Assembly: GCA_943788175.1 (NCBI GenBank)
Contig: CALSPG010000005.1
Span: 96,001-160,000 of the forward strand
Source: an uncultured bacterium
Lineage (GTDB): Bacteria > Fidelibacterota > Marinisomatia > Marinisomatales > UBA1611
Length of the DNA: 64,000 bases
Direction: 5' to 3'
Positions 49,307-58,152 of the stretch are shown piece by piece. The position numbers and the translations under genes are program-made. Under the pieces are notes generated by a model. It saw only the letters and a program-made list of their open reading frames with translations. It was not told the origin of the DNA and made no database searches. Within the stretch, counting starts at the first letter, position 1. Every line of letters starts with the position of its first letter.

Positions 49307-50986
49307 ATGAAGTTATTCAATAGCAAAACAATTATTCTTTTTTTCTTTGTCGCGTATTGCACTTGCAATATTTATTCGTGTGCAGCAATTCAGGCCCCGC
49401 CTGGAGGTCCAAAAGATAATACTCCACCAACTTTATTATTTTCAACGCCTTCTAGTGGAGCTACAAATTTATCTCTGAAAAAAGTTGAATTAGTTTTTTC
49501 AGAGCATTTACTTGAAAAATCAGTAGCCAGTTCGATTAGTATCTTACCTAAAACTTTGTCACCAATATCTGTGCAATACAAAGGTAAAAAATTGATTATA
49601 TATTTACCGGATAATCTCTTAGACAATCAAACATACATATTACTTATCAATAGAGGTTTAAAAGATGAAAATGGAGTTTCAATAGATGAAGGTATTCAAT
49701 TAGCTTTTTCTACAGGTGATATTATCGATACGTCTGAATTGAGTGGGAGAATATTTTTTGATGGCGAGGCTTCGTGCCTTTTGTGGAAGATAAAAGATTC
49801 AACTGATCAACGTGATTTTTTTAACCGGTTGCCCGATTATAGTATAGATGCAAATGATAAAGGTTTTTATAATTTTAATTATTTATCTAACGGTTCTTAT
49901 AAAGTTTTAGGTGTAGAAAGGAGAGAGTCTGGCTCTTTAATAGATCCTAACTCATCATTATATGGCGTTCCGTTCTTTAAAAGAATCCAAATTGATTCTT
50001 CAAATTCAACTATAAATAATATTAATATTTTTTTCCCAAAAGTTTTACGATCTGCAAGTGTTGTAAATGGTAAGTGGGTGAATAATAAAACAGGTATAAT
50101 TACTTTCGATAATCCCATTGATGCTTTCGAAAAACCTATCCTTGTTAGTGTTAAATATGGGGACAAGGATGTTCAGGCAAAAACTTTTCTTCATAATAAA
50201 GATAGTAAAATAGTACATTTTTTATTGGAAGACTCCATAGCTGCAGATATGAAAACAGTAATTAATGTTAAATCAGTATTTGAAGACGGGATAATGGTGA
50301 TCGATTCTGCGGTGATTTCAGCTCGAACAAAGTTATCTCAAGACACAACATATTTAAAAATTAATAATTATAGCACAGGTTCAACTTTAAAAATTGAAGA
50401 AGAAATTATTAATCCGTTCGATATCTATTTTTCAAAAATCATTTATGAAGAAAATATAGATAATGCTTTTTCTTTATTAAAAGATTCTTCAATTATTGAT
50501 TTCAATTTGGTCCAGATTAGTCCAATGCATTATCAAATAAATCCAGTTAAAAATTGGCTGCCAGAGACTGAATATTCTATAAATATAATTAGGGAAAATT
50601 TTAAATTAAATAATAGTAGAAGTATAAAAGATTCAACGATGATTATCAAATTTAAAACATCTAAATACGAACAATTTGGCAACCTCATTGGTGATGTCGT
50701 TTCACCTCAACCTAATTCTATTGTTGCAAGATTAACCTCATTGGAAAAAGCGTCTCATTTTTATGACGCTTATGTAAATTCTAACTTATCTTTTAAAATT
50801 AATAAAATACCTGAAGGGGTTTATTCTTTAATGTTTTATCAAGATCTAGATAAAAATAATAAATATTCTTTTGGACATTTAAGTCCTTACAGGTCTTCAG
50901 AATGGTTTGAGATTAGACCCGATACAATTTCTATTAGAAGTAATTGGGATATGGAAGTAGCAAAAATAAATCTAAGTGAGAAATAG
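49307..50986 (+). CDS. Ig-like domain (Big_5-type) lipoprotein
   Basis: Lipobox IYSC followed by AAIQAPPGGPKDNTPP, LVFSE, NQTY, and a C-terminal YQDLDKNNKY motif; family typical of FCB bacteria. Confidence 0.75.
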   Translation: MKLFNSKTIILFFFVAYCTCNIYSCAAIQAPPGGPKDNTPPTLLFSTPSSGATNLSLKKVELVFSEHLLEKSVASSISILPKTLSPISVQYKGKKLIIYLPDNLLDNQTYILLINRGLKDENGVSIDEGIQLAFSTGDIIDTSELSGRIFFDGEASCLLWKIKDSTDQRDFFNRLPDYSIDANDKGFYNFNYLSNGSYKVLGVERRESGSLIDPNSSLYGVPFFKRIQIDSSNSTINNINIFFPKVLRSASVVNGKWVNNKTGIITFDNPIDAFEKPILVSVKYGDKDVQAKTFLHNKDSKIVHFLLEDSIAADMKTVINVKSVFEDGIMVIDSAVISARTKLSQDTTYLKINNYSTGSTLKIEEEIINPFDIYFSKIIYEENIDNAFSLLKDSSIIDFNLVQISPMHYQINPVKNWLPETEYSINIIRENFKLNNSRSIKDSTMIIKFKTSKYEQFGNLIGDVVSPQPNSIVARLTSLEKASHFYDAYVNSNLSFKINKIPEGVYSLMFYQDLDKNNKYSFGHLSPYRSSEWFEIRPDTISIRSNWDMEVAKINLSEK

Positions 50987-52039
50987 ATGCATTGCGTGAT
51001 ATTAGCAGGGGGAAGTGGTACTAGGTTTTGGCCCTACAGCAGAAAAAACAACCCTAAACAATTATTAAATATTGTTGGTGATCATTCAATGCTACAGATA
51101 ACTGTAGATAGATTAAGAAAATTAAAATCAACATCAGAAATTTATATTATTACAAGGAAAGAGCTTTATAATCCAATTCTTGAAACTACTAAAAATATTA
51201 AACCCGAAAATATAATTATAGAGCCCAGCGCAAAGAATACTGCCCCTGCAATTGCATTAGTCGCTCAAAAAATTTACATGGAAGAAAAAAATGCGATTAT
51301 GGGTGTTTTCCCGGCTGACCATTTAATTGTCGGGCATAATAACTTTGAAAAATCACTTGGCAATGCCTTTAGCATTTTAGAAAAAGAACAAAGTTTGGTC
51401 ACAATAGGAATCAAACCAACTTACCCGAGTACTGGGTATGGTTATATTCAATATGAACGAAACGCTACCAAAGGCTTGGGATACCATGTCAAAACTTTTG
51501 CGGAAAAACCTCACGAGACATTAGCAAAAAGATTTATAAAAAGCGGGGATTTTTTGTGGAATGCTGGAATTTTTGTATGGAAAGTGAATACTTTATTATC
51601 TTCTCTTCAAAAGCATATGCCAGATTTGCACGATGCTATGAAAAAAATCGGAAAATGTTTAGCTGAGTCATCCTCTTTTGATGAAATCTGGGATAGTATT
51701 GTTCCTCAATCAATTGACTATGGTTTAATGGAAAAAGCCAATAATATTTTTGTTATTCCCGCTGATTTTGAATGGAATGATTTAGGATCTTGGGATGCTT
51801 TGTATGATATTTTTTCAAATAAAGAGAAAGATAATGTTGTAAGGGGTTTAGGAACGATAATAGAAGGTGAAAATAATTTGATTCAATCTAATAATAGGTT
51901 TACGGCTATAATTGGGGTAGATAATCTTGTAGTCGTGAACACTGATGATGCAACGCTAGTAGTACCCCGAGACAAGGTTGAAAAAGTAAAAGATCTTGTT
52001 AACTGGCTTGATGAAAAAGGCCATAAGGACTTGTTGTAA
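50987..52039 (+). CDS. Mannose-1-phosphate guanylyltransferase
   Basis: ILAGGSGTRFWP.SR...PKQ, EPSAKNTAPA, PADH, GYGYI, FAEKP, WNAGIF, SIDYG.MEK, WNDLGSW; no PMI cupin domain. Confidence 0.93.
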   Translation: MHCVILAGGSGTRFWPYSRKNNPKQLLNIVGDHSMLQITVDRLRKLKSTSEIYIITRKELYNPILETTKNIKPENIIIEPSAKNTAPAIALVAQKIYMEEKNAIMGVFPADHLIVGHNNFEKSLGNAFSILEKEQSLVTIGIKPTYPSTGYGYIQYERNATKGLGYHVKTFAEKPHETLAKRFIKSGDFLWNAGIFVWKVNTLLSSLQKHMPDLHDAMKKIGKCLAESSSFDEIWDSIVPQSIDYGLMEKANNIFVIPADFEWNDLGSWDALYDIFSNKEKDNVVRGLGTIIEGENNLIQSNNRFTAIIGVDNLVVVNTDDATLVVPRDKVEKVKDLVNWLDEKGHKDLL

Positions 52040-52303
52040 TTGAAAAATAAAGAACTATTGGAAGAATTCCACTCGCTCGCCGATAAGCTCAACATTAAAA
52101 TTATGAAGGGGAAAGGTGACTTTTCAGGCGGAGATTGTATTGTAAACGAAAAAAAAGTCATAGTCATAAATAATATTAAACCAATTGAGCAAAGATTAAA
52201 TACACTAGCGAGCTGTTTTAAAAATTATGATTTGGAAGGATTATATATTGTTCCAGCTTTGCGAAAATATATTAATGACGCAAATAGATTAGAGTTTAAT
52301 TAG
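52040..52303 (+). CDS. Conserved-looking hypothetical protein (87 aa)
   Basis: Starts immediately after the preceding stop; pattern LADKLNIKI..G.F.GG.C.V.....IVIN...LYIVPALR. Confidence 0.65.
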   Translation: MKNKELLEEFHSLADKLNIKIMKGKGDFSGGDCIVNEKKVIVINNIKPIEQRLNTLASCFKNYDLEGLYIVPALRKYINDANRLEFN

Positions 52304-52442
52304 GGTTTCTGTTCATATATTTAAACTTGCTATATTAAATAGCGTTTTAAGTGATTATCTTAAAAGATCAAAATTTTTAAAGAATTTATTTTTTAGCAAA
52401 ATCAAAAAAATATGAAAGCAAATAATATTGTGAAAAGCGGCA

Positions 52443-52940
52443 ATGAATAATCTATGGGCTCCCTGGCGCATGGAATACGTTCGCGCTCCCAAAAAAAATC
52501 TTAAAGGAACATTCTCCCAAAAATTAGAGAATGGAACTGATGAAGATAATATGATCCTTTTTAGAGGTACTCATTCTTTTGCTTGCATGAATCTCTATCC
52601 ATATAGTAATGGTCATATAATGGTTATTCCTTACGAAGTTGTGGATAAACCGGAAGATTTAAAAAGCATGGTTTTATCTGAAATAATGAATATTTCTTCT
52701 TTATCAATGAGCATAATTAGAAAAAAAATGAATGCAGAAGGCTTTAATTTTGGTTCTAATATTGGTGCATCAGCAGGAGCAGGGATTGCCGAACATCTGC
52801 ATTTTCATATTGTTCCTAGGTGGAAAGGTGATACTAATTTTATGCCCGCGATTGGCAATACAAAAGTTCATGTACAAGGTTTGCAAGATACTTATGCTGA
52901 ACTAAAACCATTTTTTCAAAATATGGAGTTACCTCAGTGA
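52443..52940 (+). CDS. HIT-family nucleotide hydrolase / Ap4A phosphorylase-like protein
   Basis: LWAPWRMEY, NLYPYSNGH, GFNFG.N.G..AGAGI, histidine triad HLHFHIVPRW.GD.NF. Confidence 0.92.
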   Translation: MNNLWAPWRMEYVRAPKKNLKGTFSQKLENGTDEDNMILFRGTHSFACMNLYPYSNGHIMVIPYEVVDKPEDLKSMVLSEIMNISSLSMSIIRKKMNAEGFNFGSNIGASAGAGIAEHLHFHIVPRWKGDTNFMPAIGNTKVHVQGLQDTYAELKPFFQNMELPQ

Positions 52941-53149
52941 GTTTTTATCAAACATGGCTACCATTCATTTATCTGTATGGAATTGGTGGTCTTTCTTTTT
53001 TATTTGGAACTTTTTTAATATTTAGAACAGGAGCTCTGCGCGTAAATGATCCCGTGCATAAGAAATGGGTTTGGGTATTGTTCTATGGATATTTCTTTTA
53101 TGCTTTTATACATGCTTTTTTTATCTATATAGCGATTGAGAGTATTTAA
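52937..53149 (+). CDS. Small two-TM membrane protein, probable symporter accessory subunit
   Basis: 70 aa with two hydrophobic helices; its stop overlaps the SSS start (TAATG). Confidence 0.7.
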   Translation: MSFYQTWLPFIYLYGIGGLSFLFGTFLIFRTGALRVNDPVHKKWVWVLFYGYFFYAFIHAFFIYIAIESI

Positions 53150-55011
53150 TGGAGAATATTTTAGGAACAAATTTAGATAGAATAGTTATACTCGCTTACT
53201 TTGCTATAGTAATGGGTTTTGGCGCTTATTTTGGTAAATACAGCAAAACAACATCTGATTATTTTTTTGGTGGAAGACGGTTTGCTTGGTGGCTCATAAC
53301 GATATCAATAGTCGCAACGGGAATTGGCTCTCATAGTTTCGTTAAATATTCTACCAAAGCATATCAGTACGGGTTTTCATCGACAATGACCTACATGAAC
53401 GATTGGTTCTTTATGCCACTATTTTTGTTTGGTTGGCTTCCAATAATTTATTACTTGAGGCTTGGTTCAATACCTGAATACTTTGAACGCAGGTTTAGTC
53501 GTGAAGCAAGATATATCGCTACTTTTATGATATTAATGTATATGATTGGTTACATTGCAATTCAGTTTCTGACCTTGGCGACTGCTCTTTACAAGATATA
53601 TGGCATTCCGTTAATGCTCACAGTGATTTTAATTGCAATCGCGACGACTATCTATATGCATTTTGGGGGGCAAACCTCAGTTATCTTTACAGATTTGATT
53701 CAAGGGTTTATTTTAATTTTTGCTGGGTTACTACTTTTTTATTTAGGACTTAATTATCTCGTTGATAACACATCCTATTCATCTGGTTTAAAAGCCCTAT
53801 GGGAAAACCTTTCCCCAGCAGAAAAGCTTCCTCTTGCTAATTTTAATTCACCACCTGATTTTAATTTTGTAGGTATATTTTGGCAAGATGGTATTGCTGG
53901 ATCTATTGGGTTTTTATTTTTAAACCAAGGCCTAATTATGAGGTTCATGGCAGCTAGAAGTGTTAATGAAGGAAGAAAAGCTGCAGCATTTAATGTATTG
54001 GTTATTTTACCCGTATCAGCAATCGTGGTTTCAAATGCGGGGTGGATAGGAAAAGCCATCGCAAACTCTATTCCGGGTGCTCTTCCTATTGATCTTGCCC
54101 CGAATGATGTATTTGTATCTGTTGCAAATCTAATTACCTCTCCTGGTGTATTTGGTTTTATAATCGCAGCATTATGCGCTGCACTTATGTCGACATCAGA
54201 CACATTGGTAAATGCATCCTCTTCAGTTATTATTAATGACATTTATAGACCCCTAACAAAAAATAAAGCTTCAGATGAAGAACAATTAAAATTAGCTAGA
54301 CTTGCTTCTGTTTTGGTAAAAGTAATTGCAGTCTGCTTGGTTCCATTTTTCAATTCTTTTGATTCAATATATGAAGCTCACGGCTGGTTTCATTCAACGT
54401 TTACGCCACCATTAGTTGTCGGCGTTTTTTTAGGTATCTTTTGGAGAAGGTTCACTTCAACTGCGGTAATTGCAACATTTGTAGTTGGTGCTTTTTTAAT
54501 GATTCTTGGTCAAATGTATCCATCGCTTGTTAGTCCTTTTTCACATGGAATTGAGTTTAGACCTGGAAGAGGCTATTCTTATATCGGAGCGCTGTATAAT
54601 CTTGTTGTTTGTGCTGGAGTGGGCGTAATTGTAACATTGTTTACAAAGCCAAATCCGAGTAAAAACCTTACGGGATTAACCGTATTTGACGTTCATAAAC
54701 TTAAAAGTATTTTTAAAGGTTCTGATGTTAATGAATTAACGGGTAAACCAGTTATCGTTAATTATGAGATTAAAGATTTAGAAGAAGACATGGTCTCTTT
54801 TTCAGAAGATGACATGAAAATTGCGAATGCTAAAAAAGGTGATCTAGTATACATACAGGATTCAAGGTGGTGGCTAGGAGGGCTTAAGTCAATACACGCT
54901 ACTTATGATACACCTCATAAACAAAGTGGAACAGTATTTATAAGTCAAAAGCAATGCGACTCAGGCATGTTTATTGATGGCCTGTCGCTTAAAGCAGAAA
55001 AAGAAATGTAA
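53149..55011 (+). CDS. Sodium:solute symporter (SSS) with C-terminal soluble domain
   Basis: DYFFGGR, SIPEYFERRF, GGQTSVIFTD.IQ, AALCAALMSTSD.LVN; a hydrophilic tail of about 90 aa. Confidence 0.93.
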   Translation: MENILGTNLDRIVILAYFAIVMGFGAYFGKYSKTTSDYFFGGRRFAWWLITISIVATGIGSHSFVKYSTKAYQYGFSSTMTYMNDWFFMPLFLFGWLPIIYYLRLGSIPEYFERRFSREARYIATFMILMYMIGYIAIQFLTLATALYKIYGIPLMLTVILIAIATTIYMHFGGQTSVIFTDLIQGFILIFAGLLLFYLGLNYLVDNTSYSSGLKALWENLSPAEKLPLANFNSPPDFNFVGIFWQDGIAGSIGFLFLNQGLIMRFMAARSVNEGRKAAAFNVLVILPVSAIVVSNAGWIGKAIANSIPGALPIDLAPNDVFVSVANLITSPGVFGFIIAALCAALMSTSDTLVNASSSVIINDIYRPLTKNKASDEEQLKLARLASVLVKVIAVCLVPFFNSFDSIYEAHGWFHSTFTPPLVVGVFLGIFWRRFTSTAVIATFVVGAFLMILGQMYPSLVSPFSHGIEFRPGRGYSYIGALYNLVVCAGVGVIVTLFTKPNPSKNLTGLTVFDVHKLKSIFKGSDVNELTGKPVIVNYEIKDLEEDMVSFSEDDMKIANAKKGDLVYIQDSRWWLGGLKSIHATYDTPHKQSGTVFISQKQCDSGMFIDGLSLKAEKEM

Positions 55012-55055
55012 TCTTACATTATCAGGGCCGTGATTACCGCTTAAACCTTTTAGTA

Positions 55056-56147
55056 ATGAAAAATAAAAAACACACTCCAAATTATCGCGATTACTTACAA
55101 TTAAAATCACTACTAAAATCGCAAGAATTGGTAAGCGATAAATTAGGTAAAAAAGCTCACGATGAGATGCTTTTTATAATTACCCATCAAGTATACGAGC
55201 TCTGGTTTAAACAAATATTATATGAAATTGATTCAATTTTTGAAGTTTTCAATATTAAAAACGTTGATGAATCAAAAATTGGTACTGTTGTAAGTAGACT
55301 TCATAGAATTAATGAAATAATTCAACTGCTAATTGATCAGATAAAAATTTTAGAGACAATGACACCAATGGATTTTTTAGAATTCAGGGATATGTTAACT
55401 CCAGCTTCTGGGTTTCAAAGTGGGCAGTTTAGAATGATTGAAAATAAAATAGGCCTTCTAAAAAATGAGCGACATACATATGGAGGGAAAAATTACAAAG
55501 ATAAAATACACAAAAATGAATTTAAGGATGTTGAAAATTCAGAAAATTCGGATTCTTTATTTATTTTTGTCGAGAAATGGCTTGAGAGAACGCCTTTTTT
55601 AATATCCGAAGATTATAATTTTTGGGATCAATATAAAAAAGCTGTAAAAAAAATGATTTTAAATGATAAAAAAATTATAGAAAAAAATGGAAGCCTTTCA
55701 GAAGATGAAAAAGAAAGTCACTATAATCAATATAATTCAACAGAAAAAATGTTTAACTCTTTTTTTGATGAGTCAGTTTTTTCAAAAATGAAATCTAGTG
55801 GCCAGTTTAGATTATCATATAAGGCCACGCATGCAGCACTTTTAATTTTATTATATCGAGATCAACCGATATTACATAATCCTTATAGACTACTAAGCAA
55901 ATTAATTGATCTTGATGAACTCCTTACGACTTGGAGATATAAACATCATTTGCTAGCGACAAGAATGATAGGTAAAAAAATAGGAACTGGTGGTTCTGTA
56001 GGAGCCTCATATTTAAAAAAAGCTTTAACGAAGCACAGAGTATTTGAAGATTTAAGCAGTCTAACGACCTTTTTAATTCCACGATCTGAATTGCCGAGTT
56101 TACCTGAGGGTATTATTCGAAAGCTAAGTTTTCATTATGATTCATAA
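55056..56147 (+). CDS. kynA: Tryptophan 2,3-dioxygenase (long form)
   Basis: Y.DYLQL..LL, HDEMLFIITHQVYELWFKQI, PASGFQS.QFR, WLERTP, WRYKH...RMIG.K.GTGGS.G..YL. Confidence 0.96.
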   Translation: MKNKKHTPNYRDYLQLKSLLKSQELVSDKLGKKAHDEMLFIITHQVYELWFKQILYEIDSIFEVFNIKNVDESKIGTVVSRLHRINEIIQLLIDQIKILETMTPMDFLEFRDMLTPASGFQSGQFRMIENKIGLLKNERHTYGGKNYKDKIHKNEFKDVENSENSDSLFIFVEKWLERTPFLISEDYNFWDQYKKAVKKMILNDKKIIEKNGSLSEDEKESHYNQYNSTEKMFNSFFDESVFSKMKSSGQFRLSYKATHAALLILLYRDQPILHNPYRLLSKLIDLDELLTTWRYKHHLLATRMIGKKIGTGGSVGASYLKKALTKHRVFEDLSSLTTFLIPRSELPSLPEGIIRKLSFHYDS

Positions 56148-56161
56148 TATTGATACCTTAA

Positions 56162-57903
56162 TTATAAGCTAAAGTCTTCCTCGATTAATTCCAGACCTCT
56201 TTCTATTGCGTTTTTTAGTTGTAAATCAGATTTAAACTTTATTAAATGATTTTTTAAAAATTGGACTTCGTTTCTGATAGTCTGATCTTTATAAATAATC
56301 TCATAAATAATCATACATAAAAGCCATTCTTTATCATATTTCTTATATACAATTTTTAGTATTGTTATATAATCTTCACTTGCTGATTTTTCATTTCTAA
56401 GGTTTTCAACTTTGCCATATAATTTGTTTAGGTATTCAGTGTCTTCTGTGAGATTTGATGAATGATATGAAATATCTTTTTTAGTTAGTTCTAACTTTTG
56501 ATAATTAATCCAATCAGCTGGGCCACCATAAATAGAGACTATCTTATTTCCACATGCGAGGTCATATTGGCCCCAGTCTGGTTTAAATAACACATCATTT
56601 TTTAGTCTAACAGAGGCATTATTCAATGTTATTAAAATTGGTTTACCTTCGAATTTGATTATACTATTTATAGTACCTGAAACAATTAAACCATTGTAAA
56701 ATTTTATTGTTGAATGCTTTGCAGGTTCAACGTTAATCGTTTTTAATTCTTCATCGCTTAACTCGTATAGTGATTTATTCAGAGGGATTATATGCCCAAG
56801 TGCAGCGCCATAACCTTCAGGTGGGTTACCGTTCCGTGACCATCTATTTCAGCATTTTTGTAACATAGCTGAGTCTTTCCAAGGTAGTTTAAATATGACG
56901 GTTGATTCTTTTTATCATATATACATTTATTTAAAACGCCTGACACTTGTAACCCCGAATCAAAAACTGTGGTTGTTGTATTCTCTGATAAAATAGCTTT
57001 TTCTACAGCGGATTTACCACCAACAACATAGGCCATTGTTCTACTATAATCGGTTAATATATTTTTCAAATTTTTAAAGCTTTCTGTTACAAAAAGTTGT
57101 GGTTGCGGTTTGGTAATATTATAGTCCTGTTTTATACAGTCTAAGCTAATTGGTATTTTTTTTACATTATTTTTTAGACAAGAAACGCTTTCAGAGACTG
57201 ATGACAATAGGCCTGCTCCATAAATTTTAGGGTTAGACAAGTCACCAACTAAACCATACTCAATTGTCCACCAGTTCATTCTTGCGAGTTCGCTAGCTTC
57301 ACTTAGCCATTCTTTCTTGCTAGATATCATTTCAAATTCGTGTTCAATTTCTTTTAAAATTTTAGAATTTACATTTGGGTTTTCTTTTGATATTGAAAGA
57401 TTTCTAACTATTTCATATTGTTTTGCATCACTTTTTGATTCAATCGCTTTCTTTGCTATCTCTCCATATGAGCATAAATATTCAGCATAGTCTTCATTTG
57501 CAATTATTGGAGCGTGCCCGGCTGCTTCATGTATAATATCTGGAGCAGGAGTGTATGTAATATGATTACTTGTTCTAATATCAACAGCAATTGGAAGAAC
57601 TTTGCGTGCCAAAAACTCCATGAAAATAATTGGTGGTATAAACCCTTTCACGCTTGCGGCTCCCCAACCAAACTCATCGAGTTTTCTATCCATGTCATCA
57701 ATTTTCGGAATATGCTCTGTTGGAATCCCAACTTTTTTTATTCCTTCGATATATGATTTCTGAGCATTTTTTTTAAAAAAAGGAATGGATATTTTCATAA
57801 CGTATCGCCAAACGGCTTGGTCAATATGTGAGTATAATGAGTAATCCTGTGTGGAAGTATACTCTAATAATCGTTGTGGAAGACTTGTTCGTGCTTTACT
57901 CAT
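56162..57903 (-). CDS. phhA: Long-form pterin-dependent aromatic amino acid (phenylalanine) hydroxylase (one frameshift near 56820)
   Basis: YTPAPDIIHEAAGH and WWTIEYGL...YGAGLLSS iron-binding motifs. Adding one C (CAC-CCT-GAA, ...THPEGYGAALG) makes the frame open through to track ORF 56162..56626, giving about 580 aa. Confidence 0.88.
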
Positions 57904-58063
57904 TTTTTAAAATATTTATTAAATCTAAGCTAAAATAACTTTTATATCATTAATATTAGTCAAAATAAAAAAATTAAAAAATGTACACCTTTTCTGTTAC
58001 TATAAAACAAAAACGGATTAAATTCCGCTCTCTTTTTGATATTTAAAAGTACAAAATTTATAT

Positions 58064-58136
58064 TCCGGAGTAGCTCAGTTGGTAGAGCAGGTGACTGTTA
58101 ATCACTTTGTCGGGGGTTCGAGTCCCTCCTCCGGAG
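58064..58136 (+). tRNA. tRNA-Asn (GUU)
   Basis: Acceptor stem TCCGGAG/CTCCGGA, D-arm GCTCAGTTGGTAGAGC, anticodon arm GGTGA-CTGTTAA-TCACT (GTT at 58097-58099), T-loop GTTCGAGT. The CCA end is not encoded (followed by CAA). Confidence 0.97.
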
Positions 58137-58152
58137 CAATTTATTTGTTCAT

